Under the pieces are notes generated by a model. The model searched no databases and had not been told where the DNA came from. It saw only the letters and a list, made by a program, of their open reading frames with translations. The position numbers and the translations under genes are program-made. From Chiloscyllium plagiosum (Eukaryota): a DNA stretch of 64,000 bases. Position 1 is the first letter of the stretch, and each line of letters opens with the position of its first letter. Positions 26,388 through 40,216 of the stretch are shown piece after piece. The stretch is taken from contig NC_057720.1 of NCBI RefSeq assembly GCF_004010195.1, positions 11,906,543-11,970,542 on the forward strand. The letters are read 5' to 3'.

Positions 26388-26586
26388 AATGTGGTGCTGG
26401 AAAAGCACAGCAGGTCAGACAGCACCCGAGGAGAAGAATCGACGTTTCGAGCATAAGAATTCCTGATGATGGGCTTAAGCCTGAAACATCGATTCTCCTG
26501 CTCCATGGATGCTGCCTGATTGGCTGTGCTTTTCCAGCAGCACACTCTAGACTCTGATCTCCAGCATCTGCAGTCCTCACTCTCTC
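26388..26586. mobile_element. Palindromic family A element with 12-bp TSD
   Basis: TSD agtttaaactgg (26376-26387, 26587-26598); inverted arms; hammerhead core in the centre. Confidence 0.9.
26461..26492 (+). ncRNA. Hammerhead motif, family A (stem III palindrome mutated)
   Basis: UC-CUGAUGA-U-GGGC(UUAA)GCCU-GAAAC-AUC-GA. Confidence 0.55.
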
Positions 26587-27320
26587 AGTTTAAACTGGTT
26601 TTGGTTTCAGCTACTCATTATTTTCTCAGTTGAATCATAGCTATTGGGAAGGAGCTGCTGTTGCATAACCTGCTTTGTCTTCGTTACAGGAAGTAATCGT
26701 GACAGTAACTATTAAATTTTTCAAATAAAAGAGAAACATTTAAAGCCGAGAAGGAGCACAAGGCACAGGCAGGGGAATACAGCACAAAAATGTGATCTGG
26801 AGAAGAGCTGGCATAGTCACAACATGACAGGGTAAAAACCTATGGCACCGGCACAAAGTGATTTCTGAACGGTCAAATCAAGTTACAGCCAAAAACAATA
26901 AATGATTTGGCATTATAAATGACCAATAGTACAGATGGACAAATTGTCTAAATGTGAACAATGGGCCTTGAACAATGGTGAAAGAACAAGGAGCTCTAAT
27001 TTTAGCAAGGCTTTCTTCCTGTCCAACTACCAGGTGCCTTTTAAAACGGCACAAACTGCAAAATAAAAAGACTACTTCTGATTCATGGACACATGATTGG
27101 GGCCTTTATTTTGGCGCAAGGAACATTTCTAAGATGGATACTGATAACAGAAGAAATAATTGGATGGTGGGGAATGACTGTTGACATTTGAAAGATTGAC
27201 AGGATCACAGAAAGACTGGAAACCATAGAGAATGACAACTAACACCTTCTAGTTGGCCAGTTAAAGGAAGTGGAATAACGTGATTCCCACTTTCCCTTCC
27301 CAAACCTTCCCATTAACCCA

Positions 27321-27525
27321 CAAAGTTAAAAACCACACAACACCAGGTTATAGTCCAACAGGTTTAGCTGGAAGCACTAGCTTTCGGAGTGCTGCTCCTT
27401 CACCTGATGAAGGAGCGTCGCTCCAAAAGCTAATGTGCTTCCAATTAAACCTGTTGGACTAAAATCTGGGGTTGTGTGATTTTTAACTTTGTACCACTCC
27501 AGTCCAACACCGGCATCTCCAAATC
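27321..27525. mobile_element. Palindromic Penelope-type family B element
   Basis: Long inverted arms (aaagttaaaaa.cacacaacaccaggttatagtccaacagg); centre cac-ctgatga-aggagcgtcgctcc-aaaagcta; flanking repeat cattaacc. Confidence 0.85.
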
Positions 27526-30500
27526 ATTAACCAACAACACTTTCAGACCAGGCTGCATCCAGGGGAATGATTTCCTCGTCAGTGCCAAATGGAGCATTAG
27601 GCACGAAGCAATAAAGGAACTGTTGTAGACAATTCAGGCCATTGAGTTTGCTCTGATATTCATTCACATCATGCTCATCTATATCTCCTTACCTGCCTTC
27701 AATGCAAATCCATTTATATCTCAACCTAATGGCCGTATCTATTTCAATCTTACAAATTCAAATTGTCCCAGAAACCACAGGCTGCTGTGAGAGAGGTTAG
27801 CCAGCAGTTCCTCTCCCATTGGTCTCCTTCCAAAGGAGGTGACTTTACAGAAAAGCACAACCATCGTCAGCACCGCACTGCACAGGGACCACCTCATATG
27901 ATTCTTTTCACCTCTCCCTGCAATTCTCATGACCACTGTAGGCACTGACATCTTTCTGCACAAGGATTGCCGACCTCATGAGGGTAGCCTTTATTCAAGT
28001 GAGGAGCTTGAAAATTTTCAGATGCATTGACCATGAGTTGTTCCATCTGAACCCACTTATAATCAATGTTCTAATCCAGGGAAATTCTATACAGTAGGCT
28101 TCAATAGACTGCACTTGGCTTTCTTTTTAAAGATGCACTTTCATATCAGAAGATTGTGCATTCAAATCCTAATCCATTGACACAAGCACAGAGGAATCGC
28201 AGCGCAGTCAGAGATGCTTTAATAATCAGAATCAGATGCAGAGACTCCATCTGCTCTCTCAGTTAAAACTTCTGGCCCTATTTTTAGGAAGATTTTGTGG
28301 TGTAATACTTCTAAGCCAGGAGGCCTGGGGTGTGTCCAGAGGTGTGTCGTGACATCTTTGAAGAGGTTGATTAGAAAACATCTTGCCTTATTTTTAAAAA
28401 TGTAGGAATGTCCTTTAGGAGGTATAGTCAAAATATATTCCCCAATTACTGCTTAAACACATTTGATTTATTTAATTTTTGTTTGTGGGAGATTATTCCA
28501 TGAACATGACTGCTGTGTTTCATTTAAAAAACAGTAATGGTACTTCAAAAGGACATTAGCTGTGAAGTAAATAGTACAGGCCAAACAAGAAAACTTTAGG
28601 GCCCAAGAGTTCTCAATCTAATACGAGGTTTTCTGACAAAAGCACAACAAGGGTATGTTGCTATGTTCTTATGTAGCCCTGTGTGGCATTGTTATTTACT
28701 GGTTGCCAGTCAATACGGACAAGAACAGATCATAACAAACGGCCACAGTATTGAAATAAAATCTGTAAAAGGAATGAAAATAACACCAGTGCAGGAGCCA
28801 CAAAGACCAAGCTCCTCAGTATTTTATCAATGATGTAAAAACACAGACAATCTGATGAACACCAAACTCCATGTATCAAACAGTAACCAATCAAAATCTT
28901 TGATCAAAGGCATGTTATTTGCACATCCAACACAAATATAGCAGCAATGAAAACATCCTTCTGATTACACAAAGGGAAACAGAATTCTTTCTGCTTTATT
29001 TATTGATTTAATTGCTGTAACTAAACATTCTTTACACAGCAAGTAATTCAATTTGCTTCAGTTTACGGATACAAATAGTAGTTATGGTTATCTAGCACTT
29101 TATTGACATGAGGCTTAAACAGCTCATTACTCAGCAGATGTAGTGCAACAGTAAACTTACTAATGTCCAGAAATAAACAATCCTGGGTTTATGAATGTTT
29201 CATGTACTAATTACATATTGCTGATACAATTTGCACATAAACATAGCACAGTGTAGAATGCACATCGATATAAACAGGAGCTCAGAGCCAAGGTTGCATC
29301 TCGAGCCGGAGTACCCTCAAGGTGAAGACCACATCAAGTAAATGGTTTGATTTGCACATCAGATGGAGTATAACTCCAGTTCATTGACAAGCAGGGATTG
29401 AACATTCACAGCCAGATGTTTCTCACACTTGGGGAAACTTGAAAAAGCAAAAGAAAATACTGGAAAATCAATCATTAACAGGTCTATCAATTGATAAAGA
29501 ACGTTTGAGCTTTTTGATCTCTGACCAGTTTATGGTACTTTTACCATAACAAAATGTCCCAAGTTGTTGAGTAATCAAATAAAATCTTATCTTCAAATCA
29601 TGTAAAGAGACATTATAGCAGGTGACCATAAGCTTAACTAAAGATATGCAAATGTAAATGGGCACAGAGTTGGAAGTCATGATCAATCAGCCATAATAAT
29701 CTCATCAAATTGTAAAGCAGGCTCAGGGGCCGAATGGCCCACTCAGAGGGTTTGAGCAGGTTCTTAAATTAAGAGACAGGCAGAGAATGTTATGGAATTA
29801 ATTCCAAAATTTAAAGTTCCACACACCGAAAAACTGCCAATAATAGGCCGAACAAAATTGGAAATGTGTAGTTGGCCAGAACTGGGGAACACAAAGATCT
29901 TAGAAAGTTGTTGGATGGAAGGAGGTAGCAGAGATAATAAGAAACATGGCCATGAAAGTGACCTGGAACACAAGACGGAGAAATTTAAAAAACTTTAATG
30001 GCAGAACAGTTGCCAACATTTCCTGTCTTTATTTCATAGATGTCTTATCAAAATAAGTATATAAAGCACTGCGTGATTGGTGAATGGTGTGTTGCATCTT
30101 TGTTAACACAATACACAGCCAGCAGTAGCGTTCTGATATATCAATCGTGCCTCATTTACGTGAACATAACAACACACTATAAGTAGTAATGTGGCACATG
30201 CTATAAAATCCTAAGAGTCATTTACAGATGCTTACACTATTATATGACATGCTGATTTTTTTAAATCAGCAATCATTCATTTCAATAAGCATAGTTTAAG
30301 GCAACTGCTTACTCTTTTCCTTGCAAAGTCACAACTGAATGTAGCAATAAAAATTAATAATGTAATAAAATCTATAAATTACAGCTCTGTAAATGCAGTG
30401 CATAACTATTTAAAAATAATCTGACAAATTACGTATTATTGCAAAAACTGGAACCATGACTGATATTGTCTTAAATGTGCTTAGTGCAGCAATAATATAA

Positions 30501-30614
30501 AGGCTACAATGTGCCAGTGGGACCATCCAGGGAGTTTTTGATGGGAATTATCCAAGAAGGATACATTTTCTCATGGGCCTTTACCTCAAGAGTATCCAAG
30601 TCATTCATGCCAAG

Positions 30615-31085
30615 TAAAAGCAAATTACTGCAGATGCCGGAATCTGAAACCAAAAGAGAAAATGCTGGAAAATCTCAGCAAGTCTGGCAGCATCTGTAAG
30701 GAGAGAAAAGAGCTGACGCTTCGAGTCTAACTGACCCTTTGTCAAAGCAGATTTGATGTTTGAGCTTATTCACCCTTCCTTCTACTCCATTTCCAGCGCA
30801 GTCTGGCAGCATCTGTAAGGAGAGAAAAGAGCTGACGCTTCGAGTCTAACTGACCCTTTGTCAAAGCAGATTTGATGTTTGAGCTTATTCACCCTTCCTT
30901 CTACTCCATTTCCAGCACATTCTTCAAGAACCAACATGAAGCTCGCTGCACATATGTTTGCAGTTAAAGATTGGTACAGTGTATTGTGGTGCTGCGCCTT
31001 GATTCACACTTGCCATGTTGCTTTGTTCTCTCCTTACAGATGTTGCCAGACCTGGTGAGATTTTCCAGCATTTTCTCTTTTGGTT
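30615..31085. mobile_element. Family C inverted-arm element with captured local sequence
   Basis: TSD tcattcatgccaag (30601-30614, 31086-31099); inverted arms; internal 119-bp tandem repeat; 158 bp matching 33037-33194 inverted. Confidence 0.88.
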
Positions 31086-31492
31086 TCATTCATGCCAAGA
31101 ATGTTCCAAGTTTAGTCAATGGCATACAATAAATTAGCTGATTCCTGCTGGGGTCAAGCAGGGATCAAGTCATTTCGGACAGTGCAGGATGTCTGAGAAT
31201 ATGAAAAATAGTAGGTGAACAGGAGTCAAGTATAAATCAGCTATTTACATTCAATTAGTAAAAGAAAATCCCCAAAGCCAAGCAACAGCCCTCTCATCTG
31301 CTAAATACAAGATGATCAGTTTGTTTAGTCTGGAGAGGAGTAATTCCTCAGTAATGTGCAATATTGTTTATGTCGAGTGTTTTCCCCAGCTTCACTTCGA
31401 AAAACTGCCTAATACAGTCAGCCATGCTCACCGAAGAGTCAGATGATGATGGGTTAAACACACCACTCCAGAAATGTCAGTATATAATACAG

Positions 31493-31615
31493 GGCAAAAG
31501 TGAGGACTGCAGATGCTGGAAACCTGAAGGGTTTTTGCCCGAAACGTTGATTTTCCTGCTCTTCCAATGCTGCCTGACCTATTGTGCTTTTCCAGCACCA
31601 CTCTGATCTAAACCC
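31493..31615. mobile_element. Family A element with 5' inversion
   Basis: Flanking repeat cagta(t/a)ataatacagg; gaagggtttttgcccgaaacgttga. Confidence 0.8.
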
Positions 31616-32036
31616 CAGTAAATAATACAGGTTGACACTTTATTGCACTGTGGGGTTTGCCATCTTCTGAATTAGATAAATACGAAGACATACCAATACA
31701 TCCTAAAACATCCCTCAACCTATGTCAAAAAACACGTATGGAAACATAAAAGATTCTTAGGTGACATGGTAGGGCAGGTACGGAAAGGTCATAGTCCCTC
31801 GTGCAAGTGTCGGGGACCAGAAGGCATAATCACAAAATAAGGGTTTGCACATTCACTCCTGATCTCATTAAATGGCAGTGCAGCTGTTTTTATTACATGA
31901 CTATGGGATCCTGCTTATCTCTTCTCTTGTTGCAATGGATTACACTTTAAAAAGTATTTGGCTGGTTGTGAAGTGCTTTGGAAGTTCAAAAACCTGAAAA
32001 GCATTATAGAACGCTCTTTCAAAACACATGATTAAA

Positions 32037-32338
32037 TTAGATTCCCTACAATATAGAGACAGGCCATTCAGCCCAACAAGTCCACACCAACCCTCTGAAG
32101 AGTAACCCACCCAGATCCACTCCCCTGACTAATGCACCTAACACAATGGGCAATTTAGCATGGCCAACTCACCTGACCAGCAAACTGTGGGAGGAAACCT
32201 GAGCACCTGAAGGAAACCCACACAGACACGGGGAGAATGTACAAACACCACACGGACAGTCACCCGAGGCTGGAAGTGAACCTGGGTCCCTGGCACTGTG
32301 AGGCAGCAGTGCTCACCAATGAGCCACTGTGCCGCCCC
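32037..32338 (-). mobile_element. HE1-type V-SINE
   Basis: Consensus match. Confidence 0.9.
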
Positions 32339-32576
32339 ATGGTCAATGAAAACTTCTCGCAACAACTGTTTGAAAAAAAATGCCAAGTGAACTGAACAAC
32401 TAGCACAAATCTTTATCCAACAGTGAATTGCAGAAGATGTAAAATTTTCTTGCAATGATTTATCGTCAATAGAAGTGTTATTTTGGTTCTCTACTCTGCC
32501 ATTCTATAGAATGCAGTCTCCTGTTCTCTATCAGATGAGCCCTCCTTGACTGTCTCTGCCTGTGTTCTCAAAGTCA

Positions 32577-32722
32577 TGATTCGGAGATGCCGGTGTTGGA
32601 CTGGGATGCACAAAGTTAAAAATCACACAACACCAGGTTATAGTCCAACAGGCTTAACTGGAAGCACTAGCTTTCGGAGCGCCGCTGTTGGACTATAACC
32701 TGGTGTTGTGTGATTTTTAACT
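32577..32722. mobile_element. Palindromic family B element
   Basis: Same arms as 27321-27525. Confidence 0.85.
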
Positions 32723-33408
32723 GTGTTATAGTAGCCATTCCCTGATGCAACGTTTCCAAGGGAAAACACTGAAAAACCAATGATTTACTACTCCTCATTT
32801 AAATATGGAAAACAAACTTCAAAACAACAGGGCAAAGTAGTTTGCGCACCTGGAACAATGCTGCCATTGTGCAAAAGTGCATTTTATAATTACATTCACT
32901 GGGAAATTTAAAAAAATATTTATGGCTTGTCGCTGTTACATCGCAAGTGACTGTGAACATGATTTGGAGGGGATCATTTAGCTCGTTCTAAAGGAATTAA
33001 CACCACTTTGTTTAACATTTGACTGCAATTGATTATGAACAAAGCAACATGGCAAGTGTGAATCAAGACGCAGCACCACAATACACTGTACCAATCTTTA
33101 ACTGCAAACATATGTGCAGCGAGCTTCATGTTGGTTCTTGAAGAATGCGCTGGAAATGGAGTAGAAGGAAGGGTGAATAAGCTCAAACATCAAAGGGATT
33201 TCACCAGGAATTTTAAAAGCAGGTCACAGCGCTGAAAAGGAATTCCAGAATGAAGGCAAAAATCACAGCGAGACTGATGGAAAAAAATGCCAGTGTCGGA
33301 GAATACAGGCAGATGTATAGTTTGAGGTGAATAGAAATACAAACGGATCTAACAGAGAAAAAAAGTCTTTCATCTCAGCGGGTGTTCATTAAAAAAATTA
33401 GCAGTTAC

Positions 33409-33483
33409 CTCATTTATACCGAAGACATCCAGTTCTACCTCAACAATATCACTCTCTTTGGAACATTTTGCAATATTCAAGGC
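33409..33483 (-). CDS. Putative uORF internal exon (75 nt, ALNIAKCSKESDIVEVELDVFGINE)
   Basis: Acceptor aaattaactttattgtag|GCC and donor GAG|GTAACT; exactly 25 codons, phase 0-0, open. Confidence 0.72.
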
Positions 33484-33615
33484 CTACAATAAAGTTAATT
33501 TAACGGTAGTTTACTGTCAAACGATGTTTGAGTTTGTGCTTTAACACTGTGCAATATTCGGAAACTGCTCACCAGTGACAAGTCTAAAGCATCAGGTAGT
33601 TTCATTCAGAGTGTT

Positions 33616-33922
33616 TTAGATTAGATTACCTACAGTGTGGAAACAGGCCCTTCGACCCAACAAGTCCACACCGACGCGCCGAAGCGTATACCACCCAGAC
33701 CCATACTCCTACATTTACCCCTTCACCGAACACTACGGGCAATTTAGCATGGCCAATTCACCTAACCTGCACATTTTTGGATTGTGGGAGGAAACCAGAG
33801 CACCCGGAGGAAACCCACGCAGACACGGGGAGAATGTGCAAACTCTACACAGAGAGTCGCCTGAGGCGGGAATTGAACCCGGGTCTCTGGGCTGTGAGGC
33901 CGCAGTGCTAACCACTGTGCCA
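33616..33922 (-). mobile_element. HE1-type V-SINE
   Basis: Consensus match. Confidence 0.9.
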
Positions 33923-36900
33923 CTATTTGAACATTTGGTGAGACAAACAAAGTCTGGACAGAAAATCTATAATTGTGCAAGTTAGAGGTTTTCAATTCAG
34001 GTGGACAAGTACAAAAACATTAGCTTATTACACTTCACTGAAATACAAATTACCTTGACAGCTCCCTGCAACAGCAGCTTAGATTCAAGAGTAGTCTCAA
34101 TAGCATGTTTTCCAATTTTTGTCTGCCAAGTTTCTACTGACAATCCGCAGAACTCTCCATCAGTAATAGGTACACTCTAGAACACGTCAAATGCCGATTA
34201 GGAGATTCTCCTTAATTTTTGACAAACCACTAATGTCATTGCTTCTGAAAGGGTATTATTGGCTGCCAAATTAAACAGCTCTTCCACAGATTTTATTATA
34301 CATAAACAGAAATAATTAATCTGTTCATAGATTTTATTAGACACCTCTGGAGCAGGTGTGACTTGAACCCAAGCCTCCTGGTGCAGGGGTTGGGACACTA
34401 CCACTGCACCAAAAGAGGGCCCGACAATAAGCAGCTTCTAAGAAGAAAGCAAATTACTGACGGCTGACCAAGAGGAGGGTCTGAAGAGATACAAGCGAAT
34501 CATGCATCTCCTCAGCCCATTGTCTTTCTCTGCAGCAAAGATTGCCAATGCAGAGTGAGGCTCCAGAACTACACCACGCAAACTTTAACACACTTAACAA
34601 CTATAAACGCAAAGTATCATTTCTACAAGATGGAAGGCTCCCATAAAAACAGGACAGGGTCAGTCAGTCTTGTTTTGGACGAACAATTTTGTTAGACTTT
34701 AATCTCCACTCCCAAATGTACATTTCTCATTTTCATTGAGCGTCTTCTCCTTCCGGTCTTCAAATAATTGATTACATTCGCTTGAATTTTTTTTTAAATC
34801 CACAAGTACAAAGCACATCACATGAAAACAGGCCCATAAATACCACCCACAGAACTTCAGTAATCCAGCTCAAGTTATCATCAATTCACATTCTGTAATG
34901 CCTGAGGTGAAATGAAACGTAAATGCTTTCTCTGAACACAAGTTCTGGCAGAGCCAAATCTATAATTATACAGCTGGATAGTTTCATTTCATGTGAACGA
35001 ACAAAAACAACCTTAATTCATTCATTATACTTCACCCCAGGATCTCAATGTCTCCGTACCACCTCCACAAGTTGAAATGTCTGATCTTTAGGAAGTAAAA
35101 CAAATTGTCAATGAAGTGTTTTAAAAATCTCAAACATTTCACCTAACCCTCTAGTCAAGGCTTTCAAACCACTGCTAACAAAGCCAAAAGAATTTCAAGT
35201 CTCAAATGGTGGACTGACACAAAACTGTTCACACTTTGGACACATGACCTTCTGAAGCTGATTTGCAAATTGACCTTCCTAACAGAGTTATAGCTGCACA
35301 TAATCTGTATATAATATACTGCTATTCGCAGCCAGACTGAAGATGACTGGGTAATTCCATTGGTCATGACTAGAGACCAGACATGGATTGATTTTACTTA
35401 CATTTCAACTAGAACCATTCATTGTATTTAAGATACACAATTAATTTGTGTATGCAACCATCCTGCACATGCTGCATTCCATCTGAGAAACAAATCTTAC
35501 TTTTATCAGGAGAACTTGCTGAACTCTGTTTGCTGTAATTTGTAAAGGCTTTATAGACTTTGAAAACTGACTGCTGGCTTTGCTGCTTATGTAAAATAGA
35601 CTGTTTGGAAGTCTTGCCAGAAGTCCCACTGTACCTTCCACTCACCAACTAATACTGCCAATATTCTGAACAACTTCCAAATCAGATTTAAGGTAATGGT
35701 TCAGGAGTCTTTAAGAAAAACTCTCACTGATGTACAACAGCAAGTAGAGCTCTATCCATAAATTCCCAAAACTGGAAATGTGACTTGGGGCCAGGCATAA
35801 TTAGGGCTGAGTCCAATCTGAGCATAAGCAGCTCTGGTACAAATGTAGATGAGAAAAGAGGACAACCTATATCCTGCAAGCCCTGATAATCCAGGTCACT
35901 TCACTGGATACAGGCCTGTAGGTGAATTCAAGACCAAAACGCTGAGCTTTTTTATGACAGAGTTGTTGACTTGTTCACAATTCTCTTCATACTCCTCAAT
36001 CCCAGCTCGCCCGGTTTTACGTTATTCTTGGACATCACTAAAATAAATTAAGTAATTAATACTCATCAACTGTTTGCCCTTTAACTTCAAGAACTTGACT
36101 TTAATACCTATCACCTGTTTTCTAAATGATTTTGAGGTTCACAGTCCTCACAGCTCAAAGCGTATTTAAATTCCTTATTTGTTCCTTTGTTCTGTCTGGA
36201 TTGTCAGGGTCAGATGGTTTGTAAGATTCTGCTCTCTCATTGGTGAATATATCCTAAATGAGTAAGCCGAGACTGGTCAGTATCAGCTTGTTAAAATATA
36301 TGCAAATATTAATTCATAAAGACAGGAGTAGGTCATTCAGCCCCACATCCCTAGCCATTCAACTGGGCTGTGACTAATTTGTATTGCAACTGCAGTTCTG
36401 TACTCTTTACCTAATGAACATCTATTAATCTCAGTTCTGAACTTCCTGCTGTCTGCTTCTCTTTTTTTATACCTATAATAGCATTAAAGGGTGAAAATGG
36501 CTTGCCCGAGACTCCTGTTAACATCATTCCATAACCTGAGGAAATGCGGTTCAATCTTTGCCTAAGTGTTACACATTTTAGTTTCCCTTAGGCAAGTGAA
36601 ACTTGGTTTTTAAGACCTCATGCTTATATGACAAAGATCAATTTTGGAAAGTTTAGCATCAGAATCTTGAAGTCGAAGTAGTTGGCATCAGGTTTTAACA
36701 TTTGAATTTTAGCTGCTGTCATTAAGACATAAACTTACCTCCCAGCTTTAACCCAAACCAGAGAATGAGTAGTTATTTTACGTGAGTCATCCTGCCTGAT
36801 CAGACCTCTCTATGTCAGTCTTGTGTGCAAACTTGCCATCACTTTTCCTTACATTACAACAATAATCAACTTAAAAATTGAAAACGGACTGCTGACTTTG

Positions 36901-38527
36901 CTGCTTATGTAAAATAGACTGTTTGGAAGTCTTGCCAGAAGTCCCACTGTACCTTCCACCTATCTACCTGCGACTCCACTTTCAAGGAACTGGAAGGTGC
37001 AGAAGATGTTGCAAAAAAGGTGTGTGCTGCAGAGGAGGCGGTTAATACAGCAACGATGCAAAATGGGTGGTGCAGGCTCGAAGGGCAGAATGGCCTACTC
37101 CTGCACCTATTGTCTATTGTCTAAAAAGCACCCATCCTCAGGTCATGAGAGATAGCAAATAAATGTAAATTCTCTCTTTTCTACACAAGAGTTGTACAGT
37201 AGTTCACTCGTTATGCAAATATTTAGAGGGATAGGGTGCAACAAAGAAACTTCAAAAATGAGTGACGGTAATGACTTACTGCTTTGAGACACAGCAGTAG
37301 CAGGTACCTCACTCACTGTTGTGCTGATTAGTCAACATTGTTTCTTTTAAATTAAGAGATTTCAAAGTACATCCTCGTGATTAAATCAAAGTTTTTGTAT
37401 ATTAGACAATGTTGAACTCCAGAGTAGAAAAAGTGTGCCAGGGAGGTGTGGGGGCAGAGAGGTAGAGACAAACATGCTCTATAAAGAGGAAAGAAGACTT
37501 GCATTCACATGCATTTTCAGCCAGCTGCAAGCAGAGAAACACTACAATCTCGTAACAAAAGGCTCTAAGAATCTCTCCAAAGCTATCGAAGCTTACAATC
37601 AAATATACTTAGTGAAAGATTCAACAGAGAAACAGGCTCAGTGCCAGACAAATCAAAGTGGCCTAATTGGCCATGAGTCTAGTCCAATACACAACAGTGA
37701 GATCTGGGATAAACTGCATAATTTCTCTTCTTTGCCATCTTCCAGTGAAATCTCAGTTAGCCTTTAGCAGAATATTAGAAAAGGAGGTCACAAATAACGT
37801 TTTGCTGAGGAAGGAATTATCAGCAAAAGTAAAACCGGTTTGGAAACTGAAAATTGATTCCTGTATGAAAAACAATTATGCAAAAACAAAATGGATCTTT
37901 AAATGATTCATGAATCCAGGCACATGAAAGGGTATCAGTGCCATCAAAGAATGTTTCACTATGCATTCCGGGGCAGAAATGGACACCGGAATTTCAGTCA
38001 TCTCCTATATAGGGCAGCATAAACACATCTCTCAGCCAAGTGAAACAGTATAACCCCAAGTAGCTATGTTGTGAATGGTGGGAATTATCCATTAAATCCA
38101 TTCATAATACCCTCGAGACTGAAATGCAGAAGAGCCAGTCACAAGTTGAAAGACACTGTCCGCCAACTGAAGCAAAGGCGCAGCAGACAAGACACTGTTT
38201 GTCCATTGATATCTCAAAGTGCAAGCTGCAGCCTCTACAAAATGGAAGCACTTCTATTAAATTTTTAAAAACCCAGATGTGTCATCCACCAGCTGACTAG
38301 ATTTGGTTGGAATATCTGGTCGGCATGGATGGGTTGGACTGAAGGGTCTGTTTCCATGCTGTACATCTCTATGACTGCACTTTTCAGGCTTTGGAATAAA
38401 CAATCCCTCAAGCTCCCGAAAGGTTATACCAAACATTCTACACAAACAATTGCCTGGCCATTATAGTTGTCCCTTTTTTCACTCAATGGGTCCTAATTTA
38501 TTTCAAACACCATTTCCTGTATTTTAG

Positions 38528-38823
38528 AGCGGCACGGTGGCAGTGGTTAGCACTGCTGCCTCACACACCAGGGTCCCAGGTTCGATTCCAGCCTCGGGCA
38601 ACTGTCTGTGTAAAGCTTGCACATTCTCCCTGTGTCTGCGTGGGTTCCCTCCCACAGTCCAAAGATGTGCAGGTTAGGTGAATTGGCCATGGGAAATTGC
38701 CCATAGTGTTAGATGCATTAGTCACAGGGAAACAGGTCTGGGTGGGTTACTCTTCGGAGGGTCGGTGTGGACTGGTTGGGCCGAAGGACCTGTTTCCACA
38801 CTGTAGGGAATCTAATCTAATCT
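38528..38823 (+). mobile_element. HE1-type V-SINE
   Basis: Consensus match. Confidence 0.9.
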
Positions 38824-39906
38824 TACATTTTCATTCTCTCTTTTGCCCTTCAGATTCAGTAAAGTTTAACTCTGCCTTAAGTACCATTCTTCTTGCTCAG
38901 ATGATGTTGGTTTTAATATGTTGCCATTGTGATCTTGCATTTAACTCATCTCCTTCGCTCTTTCCTGGACCCTGCAAGTCACCCAGATCTTGTGCTGTCG
39001 TTTCCTCAAGACAAAAGTGAGACTGCTCCCATTTTACACTATTTTACATCGTTCGCCTGTAGCTAAATGAGTAGTGTAGTTATCTCCAAGTCAAAAGATA
39101 TGGGTTCAAGGTCCAGTCCAGAGATGAGCAAAAGAATCTAGTCTGCCATTTCTGTCAAGAACATGAACAAACAGAACACCACACTGTTATCATCACAGAT
39201 TGTAGCATCCTATTGGCACAGAAAGACACCATTTGACCCATGGTACCTCTCGGTACAATAATCCAGCCACTCATTCCCCTTTCTTCACATGTTTATTTCC
39301 CTTAAGCTGCTATCCAATTTCCTTTCGCAATCATCCACTGTCTCCCTTTCCAAAACCCTCAGATTATGGAGTGCCGGGTCATTGCCACTTTCTGCTTAAC
39401 AATCATTCTTCTTCTTGTTCCCCTTCATATCTTGCCCAACACCTGAAATCAGTGCCCCTGATCCTTGAACCATCACCTAGTAAGAACAGCCTTTTTTCTG
39501 TCTAATTTAGCAAATGTTGCTGTGTTCTTATGTGTCTTTATCAAATCTGCCTTTAACTTTCTTTACTGAATGGGGAACAAGCCTAGTTTCTATTTAGAAG
39601 TTACAGGTTGCCATGGAGGTTGCATAAAATTAATAAAAGTAAAATACCTTAGATGCTGAGAATCTGAAATATAAACAGAGAGCTGGACATATAGTAACCA
39701 TCCAGGCAGGTAGCATATGTGCAGAAAAAGACTCAGTTGGTGTTTCACACCTGAGAATTTCTGCTATATAGAAGACGTTCTGTTGTTTCTCTCATGCTGC
39801 TCAAAGTACAGAGTTGCCATTTTTAGTTTTTTCTGTTGCAATGCTGTTACATTCATAGGGATTCAATGCTGGAGCAAACCTGAATGCATCCATCTCCCAG
39901 AAACTG

Positions 39907-40216
39907 CACCAGGGACGTGGGATCAATTCCAGCCTCTGGCAACTCTGTGTGTGGAGTTTGCACATTCCCCATGTGTCTGTGTGGGTTTCTTCTGGGTACT
40001 CCGGTTCCCTCTCACAGCTCAAAGATATTCGGGTTAGGTGGATTGACCATGCTAAACTGCCCACAGTGCAGGCTAGGTGGGTTAGCCATGGGAAATGACG
40101 GGTGTTAGGGATGACTTGGGGGGGGGGGGGGGTGGAGGGAAGTCCTCTTCAGAGGTTCAGTGTAGAGTCAATGGGCCAAATGGCCTCTCCCCACACTTTA
40201 GGGATCCTATGATTCT
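39907..40216 (+). mobile_element. Older HE1-type SINE
   Basis: Diverged core and tail. Confidence 0.8.

Noticed and set aside
29310..29437. Strong acceptor tttcttttgctttttcaag at 29438
   Set aside because: No clear matching donor; phase 0 gives FPQV*. Could be a cryptic site.
32350..32503. Open frame NGRVENQNNTSIDDK... after an AG
   Set aside because: Poor pyrimidine tract, no donor, runs into a SINE.
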